Below, piece after piece: positions 40,377-54,639 of a stretch of 64,000 bases of DNA. The stretch is from Octopus sinensis (taxonomy: Eukaryota). Each line of letters starts with the position of its first letter. The stretch's first letter is position 1. The stretch lies in NCBI RefSeq assembly GCF_006345805.1, contig NC_043006.1, forward strand, positions 74,400,001 through 74,464,000, written 5' to 3'. Made by a program: the position numbers and the translations under genes. The notes beneath the pieces are model-generated. The model had not been told where the DNA came from and ran no database searches. It worked only from the letters and a program-made list of their open reading frames with translations.

Positions 40377-40931
40377 TTTTGTAATAGGGGAACGAAAATT
40401 AATTTCCCATTTATATATGAGTAAACTTGATACTTGTAACGAAGTCTTTGTGGAATATGGGCGCTAATAGAGCACATTCAAAATATAAGCCACTGCAACT
40501 TCCGACTGGCCCCCGTATTTGCGTATCTTGTGATGCATAGAATGTGTCTTTCTAGATAGCACAGGTTTTACGTGCTTCTGATTAATATTCTATATGTACA
40601 CTTGTGAGTGATTGTGTTGTGTATGTGAGCTGTGAGTGCGTACGGTTATGTGACATGAATATTTATACTTAATGATTGCGTTTAGGCAGAACGATATTAA
40701 TAACCCGTTGTTAGAACTCAAATAAACTCACGGTTAGATTAAAATGTCAGGAGAATACAGAGTGTAATATCAATTCATGAAAACAAAAATATGCGTGTAA
40801 TGAGTACGTTTTTGTTTTTCTTTTCAATTATATTTAAAAACTCTAACTTAAATATACAAATACATATATACACACACACACGCACACACACACATTCACT
40901 CACACACGTCACACACACACACACACATATA

Positions 40932-40970
<39 letters not shown>

Positions 40971-40976
<6 letters not shown>

Positions 40977-41165
40977 ATCCAAACAAGAAAACACAGAAAA
41001 GAACAGAGCAACGCGAGGACGTGGAACAATTAAAGTATTATTTGACGCCCAGGAAAGAAGGGAAGGAGGGTTTAACGTTTCGAGCGGAGCTCTTCGTCGG
41101 AAACAAAGGAGAAGGAAAGATCCCGAGAAGGGAAGACAGAGGAAATTTTTTTTTTTGCTGGTGGT
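40971..41165 (-). mobile_element. Solo PLE pLTR fragment with HHR motif (41070-41104)
   Basis: Minus strand reads GUUU-CCGACGA-A-GAGC-UCC-GCUC-GAAAC-GUU-AAAC. Same family as 54640-54840. The 3' end abuts (TA)n. Confidence 0.72.
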
Positions 41166-41498
41166 GCTCAAGAGATCATGCATGTATACAGAATTAAGGG
41201 TATTGTATGCGTATGTATATTTATTTTCATTTATGTACGGTCCGTATACACTACTGATAAAAATAGAGTTTTTTTATTACTAAACCAGAAATATGAAGAT
41301 TTAGGGTTAACCAAAGTTTTGCGAGATCTTTATCCATTTTCCTCGCATTCAAACTTATGCTAACGGAGTGTAAATTCAAAGTGATTTATGGTCGTTTGAC
41401 GTATATCTATAGCATAGGCGCTGTTCTTCCAGTGCCCTTAATTATAATGATATCTTTACAATTATACATTTCTCTCTCTCTCTCCCCCGACATACATA

Positions 41499-41536
<38 letters not shown>

Positions 41537-41942
41537 TATATATTATATATATATATATGTATATAATTTGTTACTTCTCGAGCCACGCCGAGCTCATAGG
41601 GCCGGTTTGTTTTGCACACCACCTGTTTCGTCTTTTGGTTTTTTCGTAAACTCTCCCTATATATATATAATTAAACGTACATACGACAGACTTCTTTTAG
41701 CTCCCATCTACCAAATCCACTCACAAGGATTTAGTCAGCCCCAGGCCATAGCAGAAGACACTCACCCAAGGTGCCACGTAGTGGGACTGAACCCGGAATC
41801 ATGTGTCCTGGGAGAACAAGCTTCTCACCATGCCTGCGGCTATGTTTGCATTCTAAATTTCTTCTTTCACCAACAGTGAGATTTTTCTCACATGTAAGTC
41901 ATGTAAGTTTATTTCAGTTCCCCTTGTTTGTGCTGTTTGTGC

Positions 41943-41994
<52 letters not shown>

Positions 41995-42628
41995 TTTTAT
42001 TTGTTTCAGTCATTTGACTGCGGCCGTACACAGATATATATGTGTACGTGTGTGTGTCTATACTAGGCCGTTTATCTAAGCAGTAACCTACCATTGGGCG
42101 TATTTGTTCTTTGCAAATTAGCATCAGTTTTTTTCAGGGGTGAGGTATTTTCTGGCCTAAACCTAAAATGTAAATCCAAGCTTTACTGATCTAAGCACGT
42201 CTATACAAAGATTGTGGATGATCCATGACAGTTTTAACAGATAATTTTAGGCTTTACACTTATAGAAAACGGTGTAGCTGTCTTACCTTAAATATAGTTC
42301 GTTGGGAGAAATGGGCGTTACACGTTTATTTCCTTGAAATATGTGAAAATTGTGTTTTGCTTAACATTCAATGATATTACCCTATTAAGTTTATTCCGCA
42401 TTGCTCATTAATTCAGAGATGGCCTTTCATGGCAAAATGTATTACTAGAGCGTGTAGACGAAGGCAGGTCGTTGACTTACGCCTGGATACATCTACTTTG
42501 TTGAATCTAGATTAAACTCATCTCACAGTTATAAATCATAAGGAAGTAAGATCTGAGTGGGTTTATAGTATTGCCTGTCACGCGGGAGAGAGGGATTCGA
42601 CTTCCTCGCAGGGCAGGCTTCAATTTTA

Positions 42629-43071
42629 GGCGTAGGCGCGACTGTATAGTAAAAAGCTAGCTTCCCAACTACATGGTTCCGGGTTCAGTCCCACTGAGTG
42701 ATACTCTGGACATGTGTCTTCTATTATATCCTCGAGCTCAGCAAAGACTTGTGAGTGGAGTTGAAAGACGGAATTTGAAACTGCTTGACGTATATATATA
42801 AATTGATATACATGTGTGTGTGTGTGTGCGAGTGTACATGTGTGCGTATGTGTGTGTATGCGTGTACGCGTGTGTGTACATGTGTGAGATTGTGTCGGTA
42901 TTTGTCCCGCACCAACGTTGGTTTGTTTACGTCTCCAGAACTTAGTTATCCGGTAATAAGAGGTGACAGAACAAGTACCAGGCTTTAAAAAATAAGTACT
43001 AGGGGCGATTCATCCGACTAAAAGTTCTTCAAGGCAATGCCCCAGCATGGCTACAGTCTAATGACTAAAAC
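42629..43071 (+). mobile_element. SINE family A (diverged)
   Basis: GGCGTAGGCG..GGTTCCGGGTTCAGTCCCACTG head and CAGCATGGCTACAGTCTAATGACT tail. Other partial copies at ~26300-26465(-) and 41680-41845(-). Confidence 0.75.
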
Positions 43072-43091
43072 ACACACACACACACACACAC

Positions 43092-43153
<62 letters not shown>

Positions 43154-43154
43154 A

Positions 43155-43186
<32 letters not shown>

Positions 43187-43197
43187 TATGTACATAT

Positions 43198-43507
43198 GAA
43201 GGCGTAATGGCCCAGTGGTTAGGGCAGCAGACTCGCGGTCGGAGGATCGCGGTTTCGATTCCCAGACCTGGCGTTGTGTGTGTTTATTGAGCGAAACACC
43301 TAAAAGCTCCACGGTGATCCGGCAGGGGGTGGTGGCGATCCCTGGTGTACTCTTTCGCCACAACTTACTCTCACTCTTTCTTCTGCTGGCCTGCTCGCTT
43401 AGCCAGCGGGGTGGCGTCCTTTGAAGGCTAAAACAATGCGAAGCGCATTGTGACCAGCGATGTGTAGCAACATCTGATAGCCTGGTCGGTCACGGTGATC
43501 ACGATGA
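43198..43507 (+). mobile_element. SINE family B (OR-like), tail type 1, with TSD
   Basis: Full head and body. TATGTACATAT is duplicated on both flanks (~43187 and ~43512). Confidence 0.88.
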
Positions 43508-43806
43508 TATATATGTACATATGATGGAATTCCACATCGTTTCCGTCTATCAAACTCACTCACAAGTTGTTCGTCGACTCGGGCCTATATTAGAAACACT
43601 TACTAAAGTACCGCACAGTCGTCGGGGCTGGTCCCGAAACTACGCGAACGAGAGAACAGCATCGAAGCAGTTTGCCATGCCTGTATTTATGTAAATATGT
43701 GTGTATTTTTAGTGTGTATATGAAGTATACATGACACAAGGTTAGAAAAAAATAAAGATCTATGTGATGGGGTGATAAACAACTATCAAAAGTAATGGTG
43801 GGTGAT

Positions 43807-44070
43807 AATAATAAAAAAATATATGCGCCCTTTTAAAGCCTAGCCAGGCTCATGGGCACGGTTTCCCGGTTCCCATGGCGTATGTGTTCCTCCCAGCTGG
43901 ATGGGACGCCAGTCCATCGCAGCGTTACTCATTTTTGCTGCTGAGTGGACCGGAGCAACGTGAAATGAAGTGTTTTGCTCAAGAACACAACGCGTCGCCC
44001 GGTCCAGGAATCGAAACCACAACCTTACGATCATGATGCTGACACCTTAACCACTAAGCCACACACCTCC
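43807..44070 (-). mobile_element. tRNA-derived SINE family C with TSD
   Basis: Minus-strand head GGAGGTGTGTGGCTTAGTGG..GGTTTCGATTCC, and body containing GCGATGGACTGGCGTCCCATCCAG (reminiscent of the V-SINE domain). TSD GGTGGGTGAT at 43797-43806 and 44071-44080. Confidence 0.85.
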
Positions 44071-45130
44071 GGTGGGTGATTATGCTGTAACTATATGAGT
44101 GAGTTCAAAAACAAACGTATGTAAATCAACTTTATATGGTATTGAAATCACATTTAATTTCATATTGATTGGATAAAAATGTTATATAATATCTTCCCAA
44201 TCTTTAAAACAGTGTACAGACTGCATGGTGAGAATTTGTTGAAATACAACTTTGATTCGTTGAGTAGAAATTTAATAAATCAAAACACGTTTTAGAAACC
44301 TGAATAGCCAATGAACGTGATAATTTAATTTTTTCTTGTCTTTGTCTTTGTATTATAACATAAAGAAATTCATCAGTCTCAGCTGATGTTTATTTAACAG
44401 CTGTTGTAATCAGAGATTGAAAATTATTTAACAGATTAATATTTTCTATACACTGTCAATAAAATTGGAGAAAATTTCCTTAGAAAAAATAATATTTGCA
44501 GACTTAGACTAAGGAATTGTCGATTAATATTTGTTGTATAGCAAATCACATAGAGACCACTGATTAATCACCTTCTACGACGTGCAGTCGCTTACTCGCT
44601 TATTTAACTGCAGTCTTACAGACGCATAGTCCAGCTATATTAAACCATTTAAATAAATAAAAGCTAGTGTTTTATTTATGTTTGTTTTTGTTTTTTTAAA
44701 TCTTGGATTGTCTGGTATATAGAACATCCCAAAATATGTTGAGAAATATAACTCAGACGATGATTAGCTATATTTTTTATGGCATTCATTGAAAACTCCC
44801 TAACTATGGTTACAATTCAGAATCCCAGTATGACATGAATAGTATGAATTTTGTTAAGTCGTTAAGGATCACGCAAAATAAAACCATTTTTTTATGTAGA
44901 TTCTGTGATATTTGGACGGTGTCTCTGACAGAATGGATCAGGTGCAAAATCTCACTTGAATAGGATGCAAATGTCACGCACAACTGAGTGAGGGATGCCA
45001 CTTGGTTCGATAGAATGGAGTCCCACAATAATTTATCAAAGATATTTAACTTTAAATCCTCATAAACAATATTATTTTAATTACTACGATTCAAACTTAA
45101 AATTTCAAGGCGTTAACCTCTGAAATAAAT

Positions 45131-45240
45131 TTCAGTCCCACTGCGTGGCACCTTGGGCAAGTGTCTTCTACTATAGCCTCGGGCCGACCAAAGCCTTGTG
45201 AGTGGATTTGGTAGACGGAAACTGAAAGAAGCCCGTCGTG

Positions 45241-45291
<51 letters not shown>

Positions 45292-45508
45292 TTGTGTGTC
45301 TATGTTTGTCCCCCCAACATCGCTTGACAACCGATGCTGGTGTGTTTGCGTCCCCGTAACTTAGCGGCTCGGAAAAAGCGACCGATTGAATAAGTACTGG
45401 GCTTACAAAGAATAAGTCCCGGGGTCGATTTGCTCGACTAAAGACGGTGCTTCAGCATGGCCGCAGTCAAATGACTGAAACAAGTAAAAGAGTAAAGAGA
45501 GTAAAGAG
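45131..45508 (+). mobile_element. SINE family A, 5'-truncated
   Basis: Starts within the B-box (TTCAGTCCCACTGCGTGGC), with complete body and tail. Confidence 0.88.
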
Positions 45509-45561
45509 GTCAGAGCATTGTGCGTGGATTTGGTAGACGGAAACTAAAAAAAAACAGCCGA

Positions 45562-45592
<31 letters not shown>

Positions 45593-46161
45593 TACATAAC
45601 TCAAAATAATGAATTTAATTCCTCTTAATTCTACCTTAGTTCATCTAATTGTAATTATTTATCACTAGTTTTCATAAATAAAAACCTTTATTTTTTTTAT
45701 ATTCAATGTGCATTTTCACTTTTTTCTTCTTACTTTCCCATATCTTTTCCACGTGAGAGTTTACGAAAAAAACAACCCAAAAGACGAAGACAGGAGGTGT
45801 ACAAAACAAACAGATGTATTAGTATATATATATATATATATAAATGTGTGTGTGAGAGAAAGAAAAACAGACAGAGAGTGTGTGTGTGTCTGTATTTGTC
45901 TTCCCTTAACTTAGCAGTTCGGCGAAAATTGCCCCGATAAAATAGGCCTTAAAATAATAATATTTACTTAAACAATGTAATAGATAAAAGCAAAGATAAT
46001 GTTTCTCCTTGTTTCTCTGATGTCCATCACCCCCAAAAAGCAAATTATAACGACTAAATTTACACAGATTTATTTACAGACTTTTTACGTGTATCATTAT
46101 ATTCTCCCTCCTCCCTCCACTTTTCCGCTCCTGGTTATCTTTTTCCCCCTTCTCTTTCCCC

Positions 46162-46198
<37 letters not shown>

Positions 46199-46624
46199 CT
46201 CTAAAATATCTAAATTTATCTCAAATTAACAGAAATTTAATTACTTTTTCCCATAATCTCGGAATGTCTTTCTTGACATTTCATGAACATTAATATCTGT
46301 TGCCATCCATTTCCTCACCAGTAAATGGTAAGCAGATTCGATTCAGGCATTCTAATTTATATTTAATTTACTCGTTATGCTTGAAAATATTGACTTCAAG
46401 ACAAATATTTCTTCCGTGTCTTTTGTTACTTCCATGGCTTTTCTATTTCTACTTGGTCAGATTCTCACAAATTATTTTTCTTTCATTAAAACACTTGTTT
46501 TATTGGCGAATTTTCATGGCAGACTTGTTATGTTATGTGAGCAGCAAACTTGTCTGCTCACATAACAGAAATACGACTGCGAGAAACCTCTGCCAATTAG
46601 TAAATTATTCTACCCTTTGAAAAA

Positions 46625-48845
46625 GTATTGGTTTTAAATTTTGGTATTTGGGCATCGAGTTCGGGGGAGAGGGAAAGTCGATTACATCGACACCTGTGCT
46701 CAACTTGTACTTATTTCATCCCCACTCCCGGAAGGATAAAATGCAAAGTCAACCACAGTGGAATTTGAACTCAGAACGTAAAGACGAACGAAATGCCGCT
46801 AAGCATTTTGTCCCACGTGCTAACGTTTCTTATTTCTTTATTGCCCACAAGGGGCTAAACATAGAGGGGACGAACAAGGACAAAGGGATTATGTCGATTA
46901 TATCGACCCCAGTGCGTATCTGGTACTTAATTTATCGACCCTAGAAAGGATGAAAGGCAAAGTCGACCTCGGCGGAATTTGAATTCAGAACGTAACGGCA
47001 AACGAAATACCTATTTCTTTACTACCCACAAGGGGCTAAACACAGAGAGGACAAACAAGGACAAAAAACGGATTAAGTCGATTACATCGACCCCAGTGCG
47101 TAACTGGTACTATTTTATCGACCCCGAAAGGATGAAAGGCATAGACGACCTCGGCGGAATTTGAACTCAAAACGTAATAGCAGACGAAATACGGCTACGC
47201 ATTTCGTCCGGCGGGGTAACGTTTCTGCTAGTTCAGTCTTATTGACTGAATTAATGATTTAAAATTTTGGCACTAGGTAAGCAATTTTTAGGGAAAGGAT
47301 AAATCGATTACATCGACGCTCGTGCTCAACTGGTTCTTATTTTATCGACCCCGAAATAACGAAAAGCAAAGTCGACCTCGGCAGAATATGAACTGAGACT
47401 ATAGGGACGGGTGAAATGACAATAAGCATTTTACACCGCCTGCTAACGATTATGCCGTCTCACCACCTTAGTCTCTGAAGCAATATTATTAAGTTGTAAT
47501 TACATAAATGCTCATTAAATCAATATTAACAATTTCATGTGAAATTTGATTACCTTATTTATATGTAAATCTCAATAAACATTTCACAGTTTACTATGTA
47601 AATTACCGAATAGATACACTCCTGAACTACCGGATGTAATCCAAACATAGATTTTATATTATGTATTATGAAGTCATACACTTCGTTTGTTCTAGCTGCA
47701 TGAAATTGGTATCACGTGACTACTTAGCATCTCTTCAAATATCTCTCATCAAAATGGCAGAGGAAAATATGGACTTCAGCTCCAGAAGCTCTCGACTAAG
47801 AAAGCAGTACATATTCTCTTTTATCTTTTCTTTTCCTTTGTAATATATTCCCCAACAAAGCGCAATGGGATGCGGAAGAAAATAAAGTGCCTTGATAAAT
47901 GACGTGTAACACTGGTTTCAAATTTTGGCACGAGGCCAGCAATTTCGGGGCAGGAGTAGTCGATTATATTGAACTTAGTGATCGATTGGTACTCATTTTA
48001 TCGGCCCTTAAAGGATCTGAGACAAAATCGACCTCAGCAAATTGAAACCAGAACTTGAATATGAAACCAGATTTTAATACAGTAAAATCGGAAGAAATAT
48101 TATGCGTTTTTCCCAGTATGCTAACGATTCTGCTAGCTTGCCACCTTTCAATGCTGTGTAATGTTGGTTTCAAATTTTGGCACAAGGCCAACAATTATAG
48201 AAGAGGGGCTAAGTCAATTACATCGACCCCTGTGTTCGAATGGTATTTATTTTATCGGCCTCGAAAGTATGAGAGATACGCACACTCACGACGGATTCAC
48301 TTACAGTTTTCAACAAATTCACTCAAAAATATCTGTCGATCAGTGGCTACAGTAAAAGAAAAGACTCACCTGAGTTTGCCCTTTGTGGCAATCAAGCGAA
48401 ATCGCATTACAAAGAGAATCCCCATGGTCATACTCTTTGATTCTCTGAATGCTAAATTGATCTGAATCAGTATAATTAATATACATTTTGGTAAATCAGA
48501 TGTTCGAATGTTTAGGGAAATTTTTCCAAATTTTCTTCATCACTATCATCAATTCTGGACTGAAAGATATTCTAGGTCCATCTATGTTTCCTGATTTCCT
48601 AGAAATTTCCTAGAAAACATAACATCGGGAAATTATATATAATGTGATCGTTAGATCGTCGGACAAAATGCTTAACAGCATTTCTACCGGTTCTTTATAT
48701 TCAGAATTCAAATAGTGCTGAGGTCACCGTTGCTTCTCATCCTTTCCGGTCGACAATATAATCTACCTGTCAAATACTAGGGTTGATCTAATCGACTGAT
48801 GACCACCTTCAAAATTGATGTCGATGTATCAAAATTTAGAACTGT
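46625..48845 (-). mobile_element. Cluster of about seven SINE family D copies, including a contiguous trimer at 46625-47235
   Basis: The reverse-complemented core TTTATCGACCCCGAAAGGATGAAAGGCAAAGTCGACCTCGGCGGAATTTGAACTC recurs at ~46720, 46930, 47115, 47340, 48000 and (partially) 48250. One plus-strand copy lies at 48640-48845. Confidence 0.8.
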
Positions 48846-50977
48846 TATATAAACCAAACTCGTATCTAGAAATTTATTTCAAGAATATGTTTAAAACAAT
48901 CAAATGTACAGATGATTTTCATACAAAATATCTACATTTGTTAGGAGATGTCCTTTATTAGAAAATGTTACATTATATTTCACTGATGCAATGAAAAAGG
49001 GCGGTGATCAAAAATATGAGGTAAAAAGGGGAGGAAACAGAAAAAGGTTATGTAGGAGAATATAAAGTGTAAAACGATGATTCCTAAATAGTAACAGCCA
49101 CAAAAGCATGTAAATTAAATAGGTAATAAAATGTTGTAAAATCCCAACAGGGAAATATAAGATAATTATATACAGCCTTCAATTCGAATACATTTCTATA
49201 AATAATAGAAATAAAGAAAGACTATCAGAAAGAGAGAGGGAAAATATGAGATAAAGTGAAGTCATAACAAGAGAAAATGTGTGAACATTTAATGAATAAT
49301 GAAAGGAAATTACAGCTCATGGAAATCTTGCATAATTATGGATTTAGTAACGGCTTACGTCTAATATTTTTCCTCGAAAAAGCAACTCAACATCATTTTA
49401 CGTATAAACTTTTGCACACAAGTATTAACCGTTTTTTTTTTTTTATACATTGCAACGAATTAAAGATGTATTGACTTATGTTCTTGTTTATGTGAAATTA
49501 ATGTATGGTTATATCAAATAGGAATGAACATGCACATTAAAAATAGGAAATGGAAACATATTGAAAATTCCATCAACCCACAGGGAAATCAAGGAAGTCA
49601 TAGCAGTCCGTGGAGATTGGCTGTCGATTTATATCCTGCAAAAAGAAAAATAATAATAATAAGTAACAAAACATTGGTAATTATGCAGTAAATTCGGTTG
49701 TATTATACTCATGTGCTAGACACATAACCATGAAATACCCAATTCACCAAGGTAAAAATAGTTACTATGAAGAGGTCTTTATGTGGTGCTAGGGTAAAAT
49801 CTCGCATAAACCCTACCGGGTTACCTTTAAAAATAAACAGGCCCACTGTACCTACCTGCTCCCATACTTATTTCCCTTCAACTTAAATCGAGGTATTTTC
49901 ATGGTTGCATAAATGATGTATCTCTTTACATCTCTTTTCAAATTTGTGTCCCTAGTTCGTCGTTAACCTTCTGGAGTTAGCGTATCACACTTTCGCAACA
50001 CCGTTTGACTTCCCAACCGAATTAATCTTTCACTTTCAATTTTTATCCGTTATTTCTTCACGCTCTCTCAAAGGATCAAAGAGAACAAACTATATTTTCT
50101 GCAATCATAACCGAAACGATATCCAATCACTTTGTTCTTGAGGTTTGGTTTTCTATTTACAGCTTAAGATATTTGTCTCCTGAATGCTTTCTCCATTCTA
50201 TCGATCCGATATGGAAGGCCTTCTCTGAAATGATAAAGCTTTGTACAATAGTCATACCTCCTGAAAAGGAACGATTTTCAAAAACCTTTGTTACATAACT
50301 GTGCCAAAGAAATGGCTTCAGTGTGATTAGTGTTGAATGTAACGAGGAATTACATAATAAATCAGTAATATAAGTCTCTACTTGATAATAAAGTTAAATT
50401 AGTTTCATGTCCTATAACAGTGAAAGTTTATTAGTAAAGTGATTCTGTTTCTTTGTAATAGACTACAATTTGACGGATGTATTTCAATTTCCTCGCAGAC
50501 TCGGATAATCTATATGAAAGTATATTTCTATCGTCGGTGCCAAAAGTTCAAGCTTTTGGCATTGATGATCAACGTGTTGTATATTAATGAAAGGAAAAGA
50601 CGCACACATATCTTACAAAAAGAATATTCACCCCTACGTACAGATCCTACTCCCCCTAAACACATGCAGGCATAAACTCTAACACACATGTGTACATACA
50701 AAACTCACGCACTGTATTCTACAGCTGACTTTGTATATGTGAAACCTCATTCCTTCTCTATCATGTCCGTTCACTTGACAGCCATCACTTAGAAAAAGTA
50801 TGTGGAACCTAATTCCTTCTCTATCACCTAATTTGACTGATATATTTCAATGTCGTACTAACAACTTCTTCCATGATTTTGATGTCTTTACTTCAAGATT
50901 CAATCCCAGCGTTCTTTAAAAATTGTTGAAGTCTGATTCATTATTTCTTTTCACAATAGTGGTACTGTTCTGCTTCG

Positions 50978-51361
50978 GTGGAGGCGCAATGGCCCAGTGG
51001 TTAGGGCAGCGGACTCGCGGTCATAGGATCGCGGTTTCGATTCCCAGACCGGGCGTTGTGAGTGTTTATTGAGCGAAAACACCTAAAAGCTCCACGAGCT
51101 CCGGCAGGGGATGGTGGTGATCCCTGCTGTACTCTTTCACCACAACTTTCTCTCACTCTTACTTCCTGTTTCTGTTGTACCTGTATTTCAAAGGGCCGGC
51201 CTTGTCACTCTCTGTGTCACGCTGAATATCCCCGAGTACTACGTTAAAGGTACACGTGTCTGTGGAGTGCTCAGCCACTTACACGTTAATTTCACGAGCA
51301 GGCTCTTCCGTTGATTCGGATCAACCGGAACCCTCGTCGTCGTAACCGACGGAGTGCTTCC
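50978..51361 (+). mobile_element. SINE family B head with an alternative 3' half (tail type 2) and 14 bp TSD
   Basis: Same head and body as 27609 up to ~51158, then an unrelated tail. Perfect TSD ACTGTTCTGCTTCG at 50964-50977 and 51362-51375. Confidence 0.9.
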
Positions 51362-54246
51362 ACTGTTCTGCTTCGAGTCGAATCAGCATTACTTCGCGAT
51401 CAATTGGTGGACCTCATATCCAACAAATAAAATTCTAATATCTATCTTTAAAAAGCAACCGAGAAACATCACTCTTAATTACGAAAAACGGCGGGATGGT
51501 CACAGCTGGAGCATTTATGATTCTAGATCTGCTTCAACTACGATTGACTTATGTTTCAACAACAATAACTGCTCCAGTTTTCTTACACTAGAACTTTATA
51601 AATAGTACGTTTGTTTATTACTTGCTCCATTAATGGAAGGATAATAGTGTTTACCGAAACATTTTACGTTAAGAAGCCTCACGAATTACTCATAAACAAA
51701 CAGATTAATTGAATGGCGAATTTCTCTCCGAATATTTTGGATGCTTACAATGAAAGAAAAAAAAACATGAATTACTTCAAAAAAATGTTTCTTCAAAGTG
51801 TTTATTTAAAATGTAAGAACTCTAAAAGAAATGATGGCGATATTTGAAAGAAATCTTAATGTAGGATTGTCTGCTTAAGATGTTTTTCTTATTTTTTACT
51901 ATTCTTTTGACAGATTGTCAGTTCCATCTTCCTTAAGGGATATTTGTAAAGAATGGAAATTATTCTATGACTTTAGCTCCGTGTATAACGACGTGTTTAT
52001 CAATAACGACAAGACAAATACATCTGCCGGCACAACGCTTGGTTCATCTGTAAAGGTTAAATGATTTAGCTGTATTATAGTTTATCAGATGTCCAAAATA
52101 ATTTCATTCTAAGCCAAAAGACTCTAGAAATATAAAGTAATTTATGTTTGTTCGTACTTCATTACATGTCAGTCACAAAATAAGCCTATTACAGGGTTTC
52201 TATGTGGTCATATATTCTGCTATAATTACCAACAAAAACGATCTCCCTCAAATTTTACTCTGCCATCTTAAAAATAGAAGGAGACGTTGTAATATAAACC
52301 TCGGTATATATATACTGTTAGATGCCTACATGTCTGAATTCAGTTATCAGTGTTCTCATATGCTGTTGTGATCGCTGGAGAATCGTAAAAGATATCATAT
52401 GGTATTTCGTTTCATCACTCTAGAGTTCTATGTACAAGTTAAAATATTTCACCCCTCCGGGGTCGATATACTGAGATGTCACCAAAGCACAAGGGTTGAT
52501 TTAACCTCAATTTACATCAAATATATGGCTCTATGCTTACTTTGGAAACAAGTTATTGACACCATGCTATTTTCAGGGACTATTAATCTTATCTTTACTG
52601 AGAAAACACTATTTCAAAATACTTCCATCTGCTGCACGAAATTCTGATTGGTTTATTATCCAAGTATCGATAGGTGTCTTATTCTTGTATAAACTACACC
52701 ACAACTAGTTTTACTACAGTTACTTTATATACATTGGTTTGTTATTTCGAAACCTTATGACACTTTGTATGCATCGAAAGAAATACACCTGATCATGATC
52801 GGAGGTCAAACACTTTGAAATATTGTGCAGATGTAGTTATATAAAACTTATTTTATTCTCCGAAGATGATAGTTATAGATGTAAAACTTATAATTTTACT
52901 GTTTATATTATAACTAAAAGGGGCGTTGATCATGACTGAAATATCTTAGACAATGGTTCGATACTATTTCAATATTTATTACATTTAGAATGACATATTT
53001 TCATCGGATCTTTTTCCATGATCACATATGGACTGATCCAGTAAACCGATGATAAAAGCCGTTCCACCCACGACTATCCTATCTTACATTTTTAAAACAT
53101 AACGCACTCCAGACTACACTATCCACTGCTTAAGAGAAAATGAAATTGGCCCGTTTGACACGGAAAATAGTAACAGTTGAAGGTTTTTAAAAAAGAATTG
53201 GTGATTACGGTCGGAACTTTGTTAAATTTGATTGAGAGAGCTGGGTTTCTTTTATTTGTGAAAAAAAGGCGAGATGGTCATGGTTGGATGGGAAACATGT
53301 ACATTTCATAAATAACTGCTAATCAGTCGATTGACTCATGGATAGAAATAGGAAACGAGATTCATCATTGAAACGAAAACTAAATCCACCTTGGAATTAA
53401 TTTTCAACAGCTCGAAATCGACATAATCCTCTTTTGGATTCCAACTTCTGTAATAATCTGAATTGAATTAGCACATTAACCAACCACCTTATCTCTCCTA
53501 GAGTAGGAATTGCTTACTGCTTATGTTCCGTCAGTAGAACTAGTCAATTATACAATTGCTGTTGACGCTGAAAAAATGACCTGCGACGGATCGTCGAACA
53601 ATAATTCTAATTAGTGTTTGCAATTTCGAGTGTTTTGGATTTCGCTGAATGCTTACCAGTATCCTTTGAAATAGGGAATCTACGAATGCCCCCACGTTCC
53701 CTATAAAAAGGGGCAACGAAATGGTTGGATAACATTTATAATCTCAGATAACCACGCTTGGAAATCCAATTTGAAATATAATGATGTTGCTCCTATTATG
53801 ACCCTATGGCGAAAGCGCCTAAGAACACTGCCTCCCCCCCCTAAGACCCTACCAGCATCAGAAAATGGATGGATGGACTTGGCGAACAATAGGGTGGCTG
53901 CGGAAAAATTTCGAATATGCCAGTCAGTGGTTCGCTGCATTTTGTTTGGCTTAAGTGACGAGGCACTTTTCTTTGGAACATACACACAAGCTTGCACCAA
54001 TAATCCAACTTCTACTACCGCAAAATTTTCTACATATATGCACACATGCATATTCCCACCTAGGTGTACACATAAACACACGTTGTCTCATAAATCAAAC
54101 ATGACAATGAAAAGTAGAGTCAAGTTTGGTAATACTCTAAAAGAGAGACAGTAATCCATGTGACCGTAAGGAAAAAAAGTAAGCAGCACGTGTACACTTG
54201 TATGTGTACGTATAAAAGTGCACGTGCGAATTTTTTTCCTGGTATA

Positions 54247-54623
54247 TACAGGGTGAGACTAAAGTTTCCATTCATAGGAAAAATTTATTTTGTTATAAGA
54301 AACAGTTTATAAGATCCCGTAGATCCCGTGATCTGACCCCTTTTGATTTTTGTCTTTGGGGGTATTTCAAAGGCACGGTGTATCGTGGAAAGATAATAGA
54401 TATAAAGCATTTGAAGGAATGCATCACCAACTGATTTGCACACGTATCACCAGATGTGCTATTACAAATTCACAATGAGTAGGGTAAACGTATTGCAATG
54501 TGTTTTCAAAACAATGATAAGCATATAGAGCCTGTTAACTGAAAACAGAAACTGTTCTTATAAACTGTTTCTTATAAAACGATAAATTGTTCCTATGTAT
54601 GGCGACATATGAATCACTCAATA
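54247..54623 (+). mobile_element. Internally deleted Tc1/mariner-superfamily element (rosa/maT-like C-terminus) with long TIRs
   Basis: Reads RSRDLTPFDFCLWGYFKGTVY..LKECI..KRIAMCFQNNDKHIE (cf. SPDLTPLDFFLWGYLK). ~65 bp imperfect TIRs start TA|CAGGGTGA (..ATAGGAAAAATTTAT..ATAAGAAACAGTTTATAAG and its reverse complement at 54557-54623). Confidence 0.8.
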
Positions 54624-54639
54624 TGTATATATATATTCA

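Noticed and set aside
46625-48845. Regularly recurring repeat superficially resembling a CRISPR array
   Set aside because: The units are ~200 bp eukaryotic SINE copies, with no constant short repeat/unique spacer pattern and no cas genes.
49560-49660. Strong minus-strand splice acceptor (TTTTCTTTTTGCAG) followed by short frames
   Set aside because: Possibly a terminal exon, but the peptides are short and unrecognised and no upstream exon was found.
53690-54154. TATA-like TATAAAAAGGGG and a 127 aa ORF
   Set aside because: The ORF has a non-ATG start and no homology I recognise; a TATA match is expected by chance in AT-rich DNA.
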